A stretch of DNA of 64,000 bases from positions 864,001 through 928,000 of the forward strand of contig OY760935.1 in the NCBI GenBank assembly GCA_963664295.1, in the 5' to 3' direction. Below are positions 47,914-57,905 of this stretch, piece by piece. The translations under genes were made by a program, and so were the position numbers. The stretch's first letter is position 1; each line of letters opens with the position of its first letter. The notes under the pieces are model-generated. The model saw only the letters and a list, made by a program, of their open reading frames with translations. It searched no databases and was not told where the DNA came from. This DNA is from Candidatus Altimarinota bacterium (GTDB taxonomy: Bacteria; Patescibacteriota; Gracilibacteria; CAIRYL01; GCA-016699755).

Positions 47914-48791
47914 ATTTTATTGGTATAGACATTGGTGGCTCAAAAATTTTTATTTGTAAAGCTGACAAAAACGGTGAATTTGTAAAAAACACTACAATTC
48001 CTACAGAAGCAAACAAAGGCCATAAACAAATAATAGAAAAGCTCACAAAACAAATAAATACAATAAAAGATAAAAATACAAAAGCAGTGGGCATTGCTTG
48101 GGCTGGATTTGTTGACAACAAAAAAGGAGTTATTTCTAAATCTCCTAACATTGCTGGTTTTGAAAATTTTCCAATTAAAAAAAGCTTGGAAAAAACTGTT
48201 AATTTGCCTATTTTTGTTGAAAATGATGCTCGATTATTTGCCTTGGGTGAAGCATTAGCAAGTAAAAAATGCTATTCCCCTTTCTTGGGAATTATCTTAG
48301 GAACTGGTGTTGGCAGTGGAATTATTAAAAATAATCAAATTTTTAGAGGTTTTGATGGTTTTGCTGGTGAAATTGGTCATGTTTTTATTGATAAAAATGG
48401 CAAAATTGAGGCTGAAGATTTATTTTCTGCTCATGGGTTAAAAAATCATCTTAAAAAAAATAAATTATCAGAAAAAATTGAAAAATCTATTCTAAAATGG
48501 CAAGAAAAACAAAAAAAAGAATTTATAGTAATAGATAAATGGTTAAATTATTTTTCTTTTTGGCTTTCAGGTCTTATTTTAACTTTTAACCCGGAAAAAA
48601 TTGTTTTTGGTGGCGGAATTGGCACAGAAATAATGCCTTTTTTTATAAAAAATTTATCAGAAAAAACAAAAAATACACTGAATAAAAGAGGATATTTTCC
48701 AACAATAAACTTAAGTTGTTCAAAATTAAAAAATGCTGGCGCAAAAGGCGCTGTTTTTTTTGCTATTCAAGAATTTAAAAAGAAAAAATGA
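47910..48791 (+). CDS. ROK family sugar kinase (putative glucokinase)
   Basis: IGIDIGGSK, VENDAR, LGTGVGSG, AGEIGH, NPEKIVFGGG; ATGA overlap with GH15. Confidence 0.88.
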   Translation: MNFIGIDIGGSKIFICKADKNGEFVKNTTIPTEANKGHKQIIEKLTKQINTIKDKNTKAVGIAWAGFVDNKKGVISKSPNIAGFENFPIKKSLEKTVNLPIFVENDARLFALGEALASKKCYSPFLGIILGTGVGSGIIKNNQIFRGFDGFAGEIGHVFIDKNGKIEAEDLFSAHGLKNHLKKNKLSEKIEKSILKWQEKQKKEFIVIDKWLNYFSFWLSGLILTFNPEKIVFGGGIGTEIMPFFIKNLSEKTKNTLNKRGYFPTINLSCSKLKNAGAKGAVFFAIQEFKKKK

Positions 48792-50437
48792 AAAAACTTT
48801 CCAAAAAAATAGCTTATTTTTCCATGGAATTTGCTTTTAGTAATAAAATTCCGAATTATGCGGGAGGACTTGGTGTTTTAGCGGCTGATGCTATGCATTC
48901 TATTGCTGATCTTAATGCTAATGTGGTTGGGGTTAGTCTTTTGTATCATCAAGATGATGACCCAAAAAAGGCTTTTAATCCTGATAAAATAATGAAAAAA
49001 CGCAAAGAAAAAATTATTGTAATTATTGAGGATAGAGAAGTTAAAGTTGCAATTTGGCAAATGGATATTAAATCTCAAGATGGCAAAAATAGTGTGCCTG
49101 TTTTTTTCTTGAGTACAAATTTACCAGAAAATCCTCGTTGGGATAGAGATTTAACAAAAAATCTCTATGCTTCTGATGAATACACTCGTATTGGGCAAGA
49201 GGTTATTTTGGGCATTGGCGGGGTTCGTGCTTTGCGCACTATGGGTTATGATGTCGATATTTACCATATGAATGAGGGTCATTCTGCATTTTTGACCTTA
49301 GAAAATCTACGCAAAAATCATTATGATGAAAATGCTGTAAAAAATATTTGTACTTTTACAACTCATACACCTGTTGGGGCAGGTCATGATTATTTTAATT
49401 ATAATTTAGTCTATAAAACTATTAACAAAATGGTGCCAGTAAATATTAAAAATCTGGCAACAGAAAAAATGCTTGGCATGACACAATTAGCCTTAAATCT
49501 TAGCAAAAAAACCAATAGTGTTTCTGAAAAACATCGTGAAGTTTGCAAAAAAATGTTTCCTGATTACGAATTTGAAAATGTCACTAATGGTATTTACCAT
49601 CCTCGTTGGATTGGTGAGCACATAAAAAAACTTTTTGATAAAAATTTAAAAGGCTGGGAAAAAAATACAAATTTATTTAAACAAATTTCTAAAAAAATAC
49701 CTGATAAAGAGCTTGTTTCTGCTCGCAAAAATGAAAAAAAAGAGTTTGTGCAATGGATAAATGAAAATAAAGAATTTTTTCCTTTTGAGCCAACTAAAGA
49801 GGATTTATTTAACGAAGATACTTTGACTCTTGTTTTTGCCCGCAGGTTTGTGCCTTATAAAAGACCTGATTTGATTTTTAAAAAAATAGATCAACTTCGA
49901 AAAATTGGCTATAAAAAACTGCAACTTGTTTTTTCTGGTCGTTGCCATCCTGCAGATCATTTTTGTAATAACTTAAAAGCAATGATTGGTGAACATGCTC
50001 GCAATTTGCGAGGACAAATTAAGGTTGCTATTTTACCTGATTACAATCTTGATATTGCCAAAAGGCTGGTCAAAGGTGCTGATGTTTGGCTAAATAATCC
50101 AGTTTGTCCACAAGAAGCTAGTGGCACAAGTGGCATGAAAGCGGGACTTAATGGTCTTTTAAATCTTTCTATTTTAGATGGTTGGTGGATTGAGGGCTTT
50201 AAAATGAAACCAAAAAGTGGCTGGGGTTTTGGACAAAATTCTGAGGATTATCACCTTAAAGATCGAGATGAAGAAGATGCAAAAGAGCTTTTAAAAAACC
50301 TGGAAGACGTGATTGATTGTTATTATAATCGAAAAAGTGAATGGACAAAAAGAATGAAAGAGGCAATAAGCCTACTTTCATTCTTTAATACAAACCGAAT
50401 GATTGAAGAATATTACGAAAAAATCTGGAATAAATAA
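48788..50437 (+). CDS. glgP: Alpha-glucan (glycogen/maltodextrin) phosphorylase, GT35
   Basis: AYFSMEF, YAGGLGVLA, HMNEGH, FTTHTP, ARRFVPYKR, EASGTSGMK PLP site, LDGWW. Confidence 0.93.
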   Translation: MKKLSKKIAYFSMEFAFSNKIPNYAGGLGVLAADAMHSIADLNANVVGVSLLYHQDDDPKKAFNPDKIMKKRKEKIIVIIEDREVKVAIWQMDIKSQDGKNSVPVFFLSTNLPENPRWDRDLTKNLYASDEYTRIGQEVILGIGGVRALRTMGYDVDIYHMNEGHSAFLTLENLRKNHYDENAVKNICTFTTHTPVGAGHDYFNYNLVYKTINKMVPVNIKNLATEKMLGMTQLALNLSKKTNSVSEKHREVCKKMFPDYEFENVTNGIYHPRWIGEHIKKLFDKNLKGWEKNTNLFKQISKKIPDKELVSARKNEKKEFVQWINENKEFFPFEPTKEDLFNEDTLTLVFARRFVPYKRPDLIFKKIDQLRKIGYKKLQLVFSGRCHPADHFCNNLKAMIGEHARNLRGQIKVAILPDYNLDIAKRLVKGADVWLNNPVCPQEASGTSGMKAGLNGLLNLSILDGWWIEGFKMKPKSGWGFGQNSEDYHLKDRDEEDAKELLKNLEDVIDCYYNRKSEWTKRMKEAISLLSFFNTNRMIEEYYEKIWNK

Positions 50438-52927
50438 TTATTTCTTTTTTCGTTTAGCAATTATAATGATTGCCAATAAAAGCACACAGAACCCTGATGC
50501 AATTGCAATAATCATGTATTGATCTTCTGTTATGTTTAATGATGTTGTGTTTTCTGTTATTGCATCACCTTTTAGCTCTGCTTTTTCTTCTTCTGTAATA
50601 AATCCTGCTACCTCTGGTTCTAATTCTTCAATTTTTGCTTTTGTCTCTTGTATATCTTGATCAAGATTTTCTACTATTGTTTTTAATTCTTCGTTATCTG
50701 GTTCTAATTCCAGCATTAAATCTCCTATTTCTTTTAAGTCTGCAAAAATTCCGTAAGTTCCAGCTGTTGCATAGTATTCACTTAATTTTTCTGCATCTGC
50801 AATTTCGTCTGCCAATGCAACAGGAAGAACAAATGAAGAGCTTGCCACTTTGTGATTATATGGTTCTCCCATAGCAATACCAACTGCCTTATTTACGCTT
50901 TGGGTCACCTCTCTTGTTAATACTCCGTAGGTTTCAAACCATGTATAAATTACTTTATTGTTAAAATAAGCAGCTTTTGCTATGTCATAAACTTTTTGCG
51001 CACCTTCTACTAATTTTCCATAAGCTGTTGTGTAGCTAATTGCATTACCAATTGTATCAAAACCAAATTGTACATAGGCTTTTGTCATTGTTGTGTTGTA
51101 TTCAATTTCGTGTGCTTCAAGATATTTATCCATCAATTCAACAAAATTATCTTTTGCTATTCCAAGTTCGGTGCCACCAAAAGCTGGATCAAAGTTGTTT
51201 GTTGTTATCTGTGAGGCAATAGTTGCCAACATTGCGTTTGCTTCTGTTTTGTACTGATCCATAAAGTATTCTGTCACTTTTTTCTCAACTGAAAGAGCTC
51301 CTTTTAAAGCATCTTCTCCTGGATTTTTAACATTTGTTTCATGCAAACTTTCTGCGTCAGGAATAATGCTAGTAAACATGCCTACTAAAGCATCTGCGTC
51401 AAAACTTGGAGCATAGGTTTTGATTGCACCTTTGAGCATATTGCTTAATTTGCCAACAAATTTTCCTGAGAAAGCACTTAATTTTTCAGTCACTTTTTTA
51501 ACAGCTTCTTTGTTTGCGTATTTGCCTTTTAATCCACTGGAAATTTTGTCAGTCAAAGCTGTGATTGGATCTAAAAGACTAATTACATCACCAATTTGGG
51601 TATCAATTGCTTTTCCTATATTTGCGGCTGCATCATCAGCAAGCTCGCCACCTTTACTAATAAAGAAACAGGCATAAGCTGTTCTGCGTAAACCAGAAAT
51701 TGCTTTAGCTGCCTCATCGTCATCTTCTGTTTTTGCTAATTTTTCTGCGAAATTATTAATAAATTCACTTACTGTTGCATTGCCTGCATTTATTGGAGCT
51801 GAACTAGCTGTGCCGTAGTGATCCTGAGCGTCTTTTTGGTATTTTTTTACTTCCTCTGTTAACTCAAGAACTACTTCCACTTCTGTCACTTCATCACCAT
51901 CAGGAGCGTCATCTTTTTCTAGCTCTGCTACACCTTCTGCGTTTGTTTTTTCACCAACTATTTCACCTTGTATTAAAACTGTTGCTCCTTGCACTGGCAC
52001 CTTTGTTCCTCCTGATTCAGTGACAACTTTTACATTTGCATTTTTTGAAGCAAAAACAACAACATCATCGTTTTCTACGAAGCCTTTTTTGTTTACTATA
52101 AAAGGATCGCCAACCGCAAGGGCAATTGGAAATGTTGTATAAGCTTTTTCTTCTTCTGAATTTATATAAAAAACTGCTAAAAAATCTTCTGATTTTATTG
52201 TGTTCTCATTTCTTAGATCTGGAGTTTTATATTTTACTGTATAACCATTTTTTTCGTCTCCTTCTGTGCTTATTATTGTGCCTGCTGTATAGCCCATTGA
52301 GCTATTTACTTTAAATTCTTCCACTTTTTTTGACCCACCTGATTCAGCATCAAGTAGTGTGACTTTAAATTCTACTTCTGTTTGTCCATCTGCAAAAAGT
52401 GGCAAAACTTCTTCGTACTCTACTTTTAACTCTACTTCTGGAACTTCTATACAAGCACGCTCTGCTTTGTCCCACCTAAAATATTTTGGGCAAAAACAGC
52501 CATTATCATCACTATACATAACACGCAAATCACCTGAACAAAGATTTTCAATATGTTCACAACGTTTTTCATCAACCAAAACATGAGGCCTATTACAAAT
52601 AACACAACCATCTGCGGCTGTGTCCCAATAGGCATTGTCTCTATTGTTGATACAAACATCCCATTCTGATTTTCTGCATCTATCAACATATTGGTTATAT
52701 AGCCCTACCACATAATTAGTTGCTGTACTTTGATCCATGCCAACTGAATCACAATAAGATTCAATATTATGCCAAGCACACTTACAATACTGGAAAGCAA
52801 TCTGCTTACCACAAAAATCGTTTTTTATATCTGGAATTTGAAACTTGTAAAACTCAACTTCTGCCTTTGCTGTAAAGGTTGAGCAAAAGAAAAATGAAAT
52901 TAATATTAAATTTTTTAGAATTTTCAT
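50438..52927 (-). CDS. Secreted, C-terminally anchored surface protein with Cys-rich N-terminus and Ig/invasin-like domain
   Basis: Signal peptide ending AKA, 13 Cys in about 125 aa, LFADGQTEVEFKVTLLD invasin-like strand, C-terminal TM + KRKKK. Confidence 0.75.
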   Translation of the reverse strand: MKILKNLILISFFFCSTFTAKAEVEFYKFQIPDIKNDFCGKQIAFQYCKCAWHNIESYCDSVGMDQSTATNYVVGLYNQYVDRCRKSEWDVCINNRDNAYWDTAADGCVICNRPHVLVDEKRCEHIENLCSGDLRVMYSDDNGCFCPKYFRWDKAERACIEVPEVELKVEYEEVLPLFADGQTEVEFKVTLLDAESGGSKKVEEFKVNSSMGYTAGTIISTEGDEKNGYTVKYKTPDLRNENTIKSEDFLAVFYINSEEEKAYTTFPIALAVGDPFIVNKKGFVENDDVVVFASKNANVKVVTESGGTKVPVQGATVLIQGEIVGEKTNAEGVAELEKDDAPDGDEVTEVEVVLELTEEVKKYQKDAQDHYGTASSAPINAGNATVSEFINNFAEKLAKTEDDDEAAKAISGLRRTAYACFFISKGGELADDAAANIGKAIDTQIGDVISLLDPITALTDKISSGLKGKYANKEAVKKVTEKLSAFSGKFVGKLSNMLKGAIKTYAPSFDADALVGMFTSIIPDAESLHETNVKNPGEDALKGALSVEKKVTEYFMDQYKTEANAMLATIASQITTNNFDPAFGGTELGIAKDNFVELMDKYLEAHEIEYNTTMTKAYVQFGFDTIGNAISYTTAYGKLVEGAQKVYDIAKAAYFNNKVIYTWFETYGVLTREVTQSVNKAVGIAMGEPYNHKVASSSFVLPVALADEIADAEKLSEYYATAGTYGIFADLKEIGDLMLELEPDNEELKTIVENLDQDIQETKAKIEELEPEVAGFITEEEKAELKGDAITENTTSLNITEDQYMIIAIASGFCVLLLAIIIIAKRKKK

Positions 52928-52998
52928 TTGTAAAAACAATAAAATTAAACATATTATAGACCTTGTCTTGATTATTGTAAAAATTATTTTAAAACCCT

Positions 52999-55254
52999 AT
53001 GAAAAATTTTCTTCGTTTTACTTTGGCAATTTGTCTTTTTGCTTTATCAATCAATTTGGTAAATGCTGAAGACAAGATATTGTCCGCAACAGTTAGAATT
53101 ATTTCTTTCTCTCTTACGGAAAATAATCATGTAATTGAAAAATCCATTGCCTCTGGTACGGTTATTTCCAGAGATGGCCTAATTTTGACCAATCATCATG
53201 TTGTCACAGATCAATATGATGAAAATTATGATGCTTTTGCTATCTGTTTGGTTTTTGATGAACAAGAAAAACCTGAATGTATTTATACTGCAAACCTAAT
53301 TGCAAAAGATAAAAGCCTTGATATTGCTCTCTTGCAAGTTAATGAACGGGATATTTATGGTGAATTTATTGCTCTAATGCCTCATTTAACATATAAAGAC
53401 GCAAAATTACCTAATGTTAGTGATGATCTAGAAATTGTTGGTTTTCCTGGCATTGGTGGCGATACAATTACAAAAACAGAAGGGCAAGTTAGTGGTTTTG
53501 ATGACAAAGAAGGCATAAAACAAATTAAAACTGATGCTGTTATTAGTACTGGTAACTCTGGCGGTACTGCTATTTGTAATGGTGAATTTATTGGTGTTCC
53601 TTCTTATTTAAAATCTTATTACAGCACTTTGGGTTATGTTGTGCCTTTGACAGAAATTAACCCTTGGTTGAAAAAAAATATCAACAAAGATCCTCAAAAA
53701 GACCAATTTGTTAATGATTTATTAGAAACATTACTTGTCCAAAAACATCAAGCTGAAAAAAATCGTAAACACACTTCAGTTCTTTTTCCTTTCTATGAAA
53801 TAGAAATACCAGAACCTTGGAAAATTGATTTTATCAATGATGCTAATTTGGAATTTTATAACACTGTACAAGGTGCTGAAATTGGCATGAGCATAGCTGT
53901 AAACAATGCTTCTTTTGAGATTAATGATGATTTTATTGATTTTATTTTGAAAAAAATTGAAAAAAATTATCATCGCTATACAAATTACAAAAGAGAAGAA
54001 TATGAGCTTGATGGCAAAGACGGCCTCATGATTACTTATGATTCTGGCAATGACAGATATTATTACATCATGATCAATATTGATAATGCTATTTTGAATA
54101 TCACCTATAATATTTCTCTTGAAAACAAAGAAGAAACAGAAGAAGCAATAGCTGAGATATTAAATAGTTTTAAATTTGTTGACGGTGAAAATAATTTAAG
54201 CAAAGACACTCAATTTTATGAACAAACTAATCCTGATGTAAGCCTAAAAACTTTTGGCGATATTTTTGTAAGCCCTATTTATGACAGCACTATTGAAAAT
54301 GTAGTTGTTTACTTTGAAAACCCTCAGTCTTTTGAACAAGCTGCTTATCTTGCTTATTATCATTTAAGTAAGGATTACTGGGACTTAACAAAAGAAGAAA
54401 TTCTTGAAAAAGAAATTAAATATCAATACGGAAAACTATTAAACAAATACGATGATATTGTTATTGATGGACTAGAAGGTTTTGCTTATACACACAGCTT
54501 TAAAGGTGATGATTTTAATCAAACACGCAAAAGAACTGTTGTTAATGTGTTTACGGATAAAAAATATTTTGAATTTGTTTATGAAGACTTAGAAGAAAAT
54601 TATAATAAAAACATTGATGACTTCCTAAGAACTCTTGAATCTTTTGAATATGACGGAGAAGAGAACTTAGAAAATAAAGGTGAATACAATATTCCTAAGT
54701 TCAAAACTTATTATGAAGATATCAATAATTATATTTATGAAGAAAAAATCAATGCTCTTGCTAGTAAAAATATTCTACAAATTGAAGGCAGATATTACTA
54801 TCCAGAATATAAAGTTTATCGTATGGATGCATTGAAAACTATTATAAATAGTAAAATTTTTATTGATGACGGCAGAAAATCAACTGAAACAGAGGACGCA
54901 ATCAGTAATGAAAACACAACATCTGTTTTTACAGATATAGTAAGTCCGAGGGAGCATCAAATATTAAATTACGCTCTTAAGAATGGCATTATTTCATCTG
55001 CAGACAAGTTTAGACCAAATACAGGATTAACACTGGCCGAAGCTTTAAAAATGCTTTGCAAAGCCTATGAGCTACCTGTCTGGGATCCTCCTTATAAAAA
55101 TCAAATAGAATGGTATCTTCCTTATCTTTATAAAGCGCACGACCTTGGCGTTATTCCTTTTGGGGTTGAGCATGATGATGTTCTAACTCGCGGTCAATTT
55201 GCCTATCTGATTTATAGATTTGTGAGTACTGTGGGCGAAAGAAGTGATATTTAA
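52999..55254 (+). CDS. Secreted trypsin-like (S1/HtrA-type) serine protease with C-terminal SLH-like region
   Basis: Signal peptide, GLILTNHHV, DIALL, GFPGIGG, GNSGG; FRPNTGLTLAEALKM and LTRGQFAYLI SLH-like motifs. Confidence 0.85.
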   Translation: MKNFLRFTLAICLFALSINLVNAEDKILSATVRIISFSLTENNHVIEKSIASGTVISRDGLILTNHHVVTDQYDENYDAFAICLVFDEQEKPECIYTANLIAKDKSLDIALLQVNERDIYGEFIALMPHLTYKDAKLPNVSDDLEIVGFPGIGGDTITKTEGQVSGFDDKEGIKQIKTDAVISTGNSGGTAICNGEFIGVPSYLKSYYSTLGYVVPLTEINPWLKKNINKDPQKDQFVNDLLETLLVQKHQAEKNRKHTSVLFPFYEIEIPEPWKIDFINDANLEFYNTVQGAEIGMSIAVNNASFEINDDFIDFILKKIEKNYHRYTNYKREEYELDGKDGLMITYDSGNDRYYYIMINIDNAILNITYNISLENKEETEEAIAEILNSFKFVDGENNLSKDTQFYEQTNPDVSLKTFGDIFVSPIYDSTIENVVVYFENPQSFEQAAYLAYYHLSKDYWDLTKEEILEKEIKYQYGKLLNKYDDIVIDGLEGFAYTHSFKGDDFNQTRKRTVVNVFTDKKYFEFVYEDLEENYNKNIDDFLRTLESFEYDGEENLENKGEYNIPKFKTYYEDINNYIYEEKINALASKNILQIEGRYYYPEYKVYRMDALKTIINSKIFIDDGRKSTETEDAISNENTTSVFTDIVSPREHQILNYALKNGIISSADKFRPNTGLTLAEALKMLCKAYELPVWDPPYKNQIEWYLPYLYKAHDLGVIPFGVEHDDVLTRGQFAYLIYRFVSTVGERSDI

Positions 55255-55273
55255 AAATTTTAATTAGTACAAA

Positions 55274-55308
55274 AAAATAAGCCGAGCATATTTTGCTCGG
55301 CTTATTTT
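55274..55308. terminator. Bidirectional terminator
   Basis: AAAATAAGCCGAGCA-TATTT-TGCTCGGCTTATTTT between convergent genes. Confidence 0.85.
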
Positions 55309-55326
55309 AGTCTGTGGGGAATAGAA

Positions 55327-57219
55327 TTAGAATGTTGGTAAAGCTGTGTAGATTACGTTAGCTGAGTAGATACCAGCAACTGTTTGGTAGTCAACGTATA
55401 GAATGTAGTAGATTGTGTGATCTTGTGAGTTTGTGTTTGATGCAAAACCTACACCACTTGCTGTACCGTTGTATAGTGATAGATCTGATGATGAAGCTTG
55501 GAATGTTCCTGTTCCATTTGCTGACTCAATGTCTGATTTTAGACCTGCTTTGTCTTTTGTTTCATCATCGTTATAAGCTACATAACTGAATGTGTTTGGA
55601 GTGTATGATGCACCATCGTAAACACTACCTGTGTTGATGTTGTGTGTACCGTTTTTTAGAGTAGCGTTAGTATCTGAGTCTTGAAGTTGTGCTTGGATTT
55701 TATAACCATTAGCAGCATTAGTTTTAACGTTAAGTAGTGTTTTTTGAGAATAGTCTTCACCGTTATTAACAGAAGGATCAACATTTAGGTTAACACTAGT
55801 GTCATCAAGAGTCATAATTAGAGCTTCTTGAACTGTGGCTGTGATGGTGACAGTTGAATCTGTAATAAGCGCATATCCAATACCTGTACCAATTGTAGTA
55901 CCTTCATCATCTTTGCTCATAATTTGAATGCCATATTGACCTGCTAAAGAAGGATTTTGATCAATTACATTTGTTGTAAGAGAAAGAACAATTTCGCTAT
56001 TAGCTGCTATTGTGCTAGGAGCAACAATAGTCAGAACTTTGCTTGTTAAATCAGCTGTCACTACTGTAAGAGTTGAGCCATCATCTGTAAGAGTAAGCTC
56101 ACCAGTAGCATCGGCAATATCGCCCATTGTGAATTCTTCTGGGAAAGTCACTACGATTTCACCACCAGCTGGAATATCAGCACCATTTGTAAATTCAAAT
56201 ACAGATGAAACAGCTGTTGCATCCATTGCAGTATTAGATAATGTAACATCTGTCACATTGATAGCATCAGAAGCTAAAGTAGCTTCAATTGTCGCAGTTG
56301 GACTCGCTGTGTCTTGAAGTGTGTAAGTACCTTCTGATTCATTGTAGTAATTAACATCAAATGTATATGTGCTAGCTGTAGCTGGGTTATTGTCAATGAT
56401 TGTGTTGTCTAACACAACATGTAAGCTGTTGTTTTGTGCAACAGCAGATGTGAAGTCAATTGTCATTGTCATAGTACCTGCATTATCTGCAACAGCTACT
56501 GAGTCAAGAGCAACTTCATCAAGTCCATTAAAAACAGTAGTGTTAGAAGATGCATCAGCAACAGCGCCTACTGTAAACTCAGAAGGAAATTCGATTTCTA
56601 ATCTTCGAGTAGTACTGGTAGCTGTATTGTTGAAATAAAAATCTGATCCAACAGAAGCAGAATTTGTGTAGTAATTGCTTAATGCCATTTGTGGATAAGC
56701 ACCCAAAATTGTAACATCAGCACTACCTGTTGATTCATCTGAACCATTATCACCCTGATCAATAGCAAAGCTTATTGTTTGATCACCAGCTGAAGAAGGA
56801 TTTGTGTCTATGATTGTAGTATCACAAACAACTTCTACTTCAGCACCAATAGCGATTGATGGATTAGGATCACCTGAACCAAGAACAATAGTAAGAACAT
56901 TGCTAGTCAGATCAGCACTAGAAATTGCTGTCACTTCTGAGCCATCATCATACAATGTACAAGCACCAGTAGCATCAGCCACATCACCTGCTGTAAAGGC
57001 ACCAGGAAGAGTAATTTTAATAGCATCTCCTGTTGTTGCTGTCACGTCAGTCGTGAAGGTAAATTTTGATGCAACTGCTGTTGCACTAGTAGCATAGCTA
57101 CCAAGTTCAACTGCTCCGTTCGTTAGAGCGGCTTTTGCGCCAGGTACGACAAGCACAGTTGCTAAAAGTGCAACAGTGGCAAAAAGCGTACTTAGCTTTC
57201 TGAAAATTTTGTTTTTCAT
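55327..57219 (-). CDS. Secreted acidic Thr/Ser/Ala-rich surface protein with three internal repeats
   Basis: Signal peptide ending AKA; repeats G(D/A)(V/I)ADA...IID-NP; C-terminal VKTNAANGY...AGIYSANVIYTA domain. Confidence 0.8.
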   Translation of the reverse strand: MKNKIFRKLSTLFATVALLATVLVVPGAKAALTNGAVELGSYATSATAVASKFTFTTDVTATTGDAIKITLPGAFTAGDVADATGACTLYDDGSEVTAISSADLTSNVLTIVLGSGDPNPSIAIGAEVEVVCDTTIIDTNPSSAGDQTISFAIDQGDNGSDESTGSADVTILGAYPQMALSNYYTNSASVGSDFYFNNTATSTTRRLEIEFPSEFTVGAVADASSNTTVFNGLDEVALDSVAVADNAGTMTMTIDFTSAVAQNNSLHVVLDNTIIDNNPATASTYTFDVNYYNESEGTYTLQDTASPTATIEATLASDAINVTDVTLSNTAMDATAVSSVFEFTNGADIPAGGEIVVTFPEEFTMGDIADATGELTLTDDGSTLTVVTADLTSKVLTIVAPSTIAANSEIVLSLTTNVIDQNPSLAGQYGIQIMSKDDEGTTIGTGIGYALITDSTVTITATVQEALIMTLDDTSVNLNVDPSVNNGEDYSQKTLLNVKTNAANGYKIQAQLQDSDTNATLKNGTHNINTGSVYDGASYTPNTFSYVAYNDDETKDKAGLKSDIESANGTGTFQASSSDLSLYNGTASGVGFASNTNSQDHTIYYILYVDYQTVAGIYSANVIYTALPTF

Positions 57220-57245
57220 TTTTATTTTATTAAAAAATCATAATA

Positions 57246-57274
57246 ATTATACAATATAAAAATATAAATGTCAA
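57246..57274 (-). promoter_or_regulatory. Consensus sigma70 promoter
   Basis: Perfect TTGACA-17 nt-TATAAT on minus strand, 26 nt upstream of ATG 57219. Confidence 0.75.
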
Positions 57275-57282
57275 ATATAATT

Positions 57283-57861
57283 TTAATTTAATAAATCAAC
57301 TTTTCCTGTTTCAAGATCATAAAAAGCACCCTGGATCATAACTTCACCTGAATTTAATACCTTGTTTAGGACTGGCTTTGTGTTTTTTAGGGTATCTATT
57401 AAAATTCTTACATTTTCTTTAATGGCATTATCAAGTAAATCTCCTTCTTTTACTTTTGCTTTAATAACAGCAGACCTTGCTGTTTCAACCAAAGCAGAAA
57501 GATGGTGGTGTTCATCATCTCCTCCCATTGCGGCTGCAAAAACGCCACAATGAGAATGACCAAGTACTACTATTAATTTTATATCAAGATGTTCAACTGC
57601 ATATTCAATACTGCCAACACAGACATTATCAACTGTGTTTCCTGCCACACGCACAACAAATAAATCACCAAGACCTTGGTCAAAAATAATTTCCGGCACA
57701 ATGCGAGAATCAGAACAGCCAATAACCAAAGCAAAAGGAGTTTGTTTCGGGCTTATTTCTTTTACTCTTTCTGGAGAATGATTGGGTTTAATTGAATTAC
57801 CTTCAAAAAAACGCTGATTTCCTTCGAGAAGTCGCTGAAGGGCTTCTTTGGCTGAGATCAT
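57283..57861 (-). CDS. Beta-class carbonic anhydrase
   Basis: LLEGNQRF, GCSDSR, DLFVVRVAGN, SIEYAV, LGHSHCG, YDLETG. Confidence 0.95.
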   Translation of the reverse strand: MISAKEALQRLLEGNQRFFEGNSIKPNHSPERVKEISPKQTPFALVIGCSDSRIVPEIIFDQGLGDLFVVRVAGNTVDNVCVGSIEYAVEHLDIKLIVVLGHSHCGVFAAAMGGDDEHHHLSALVETARSAVIKAKVKEGDLLDNAIKENVRILIDTLKNTKPVLNKVLNSGEVMIQGAFYDLETGKVDLLN

Positions 57862-57905
57862 CTAAATAAATAAAATCAAAATGATTTTATCAAAAAATAC
57901 TAATC

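Noticed and set aside
441-48791. Alternative genetic code (TGA=Gly, code 25) as in Gracilibacteria/Absconditabacteria
   Set aside because: Long conserved genes (rpoB, rpoC, purL, purD) have no in-frame TGA, and TGA ends genes at expected lengths, often in ATGA overlaps
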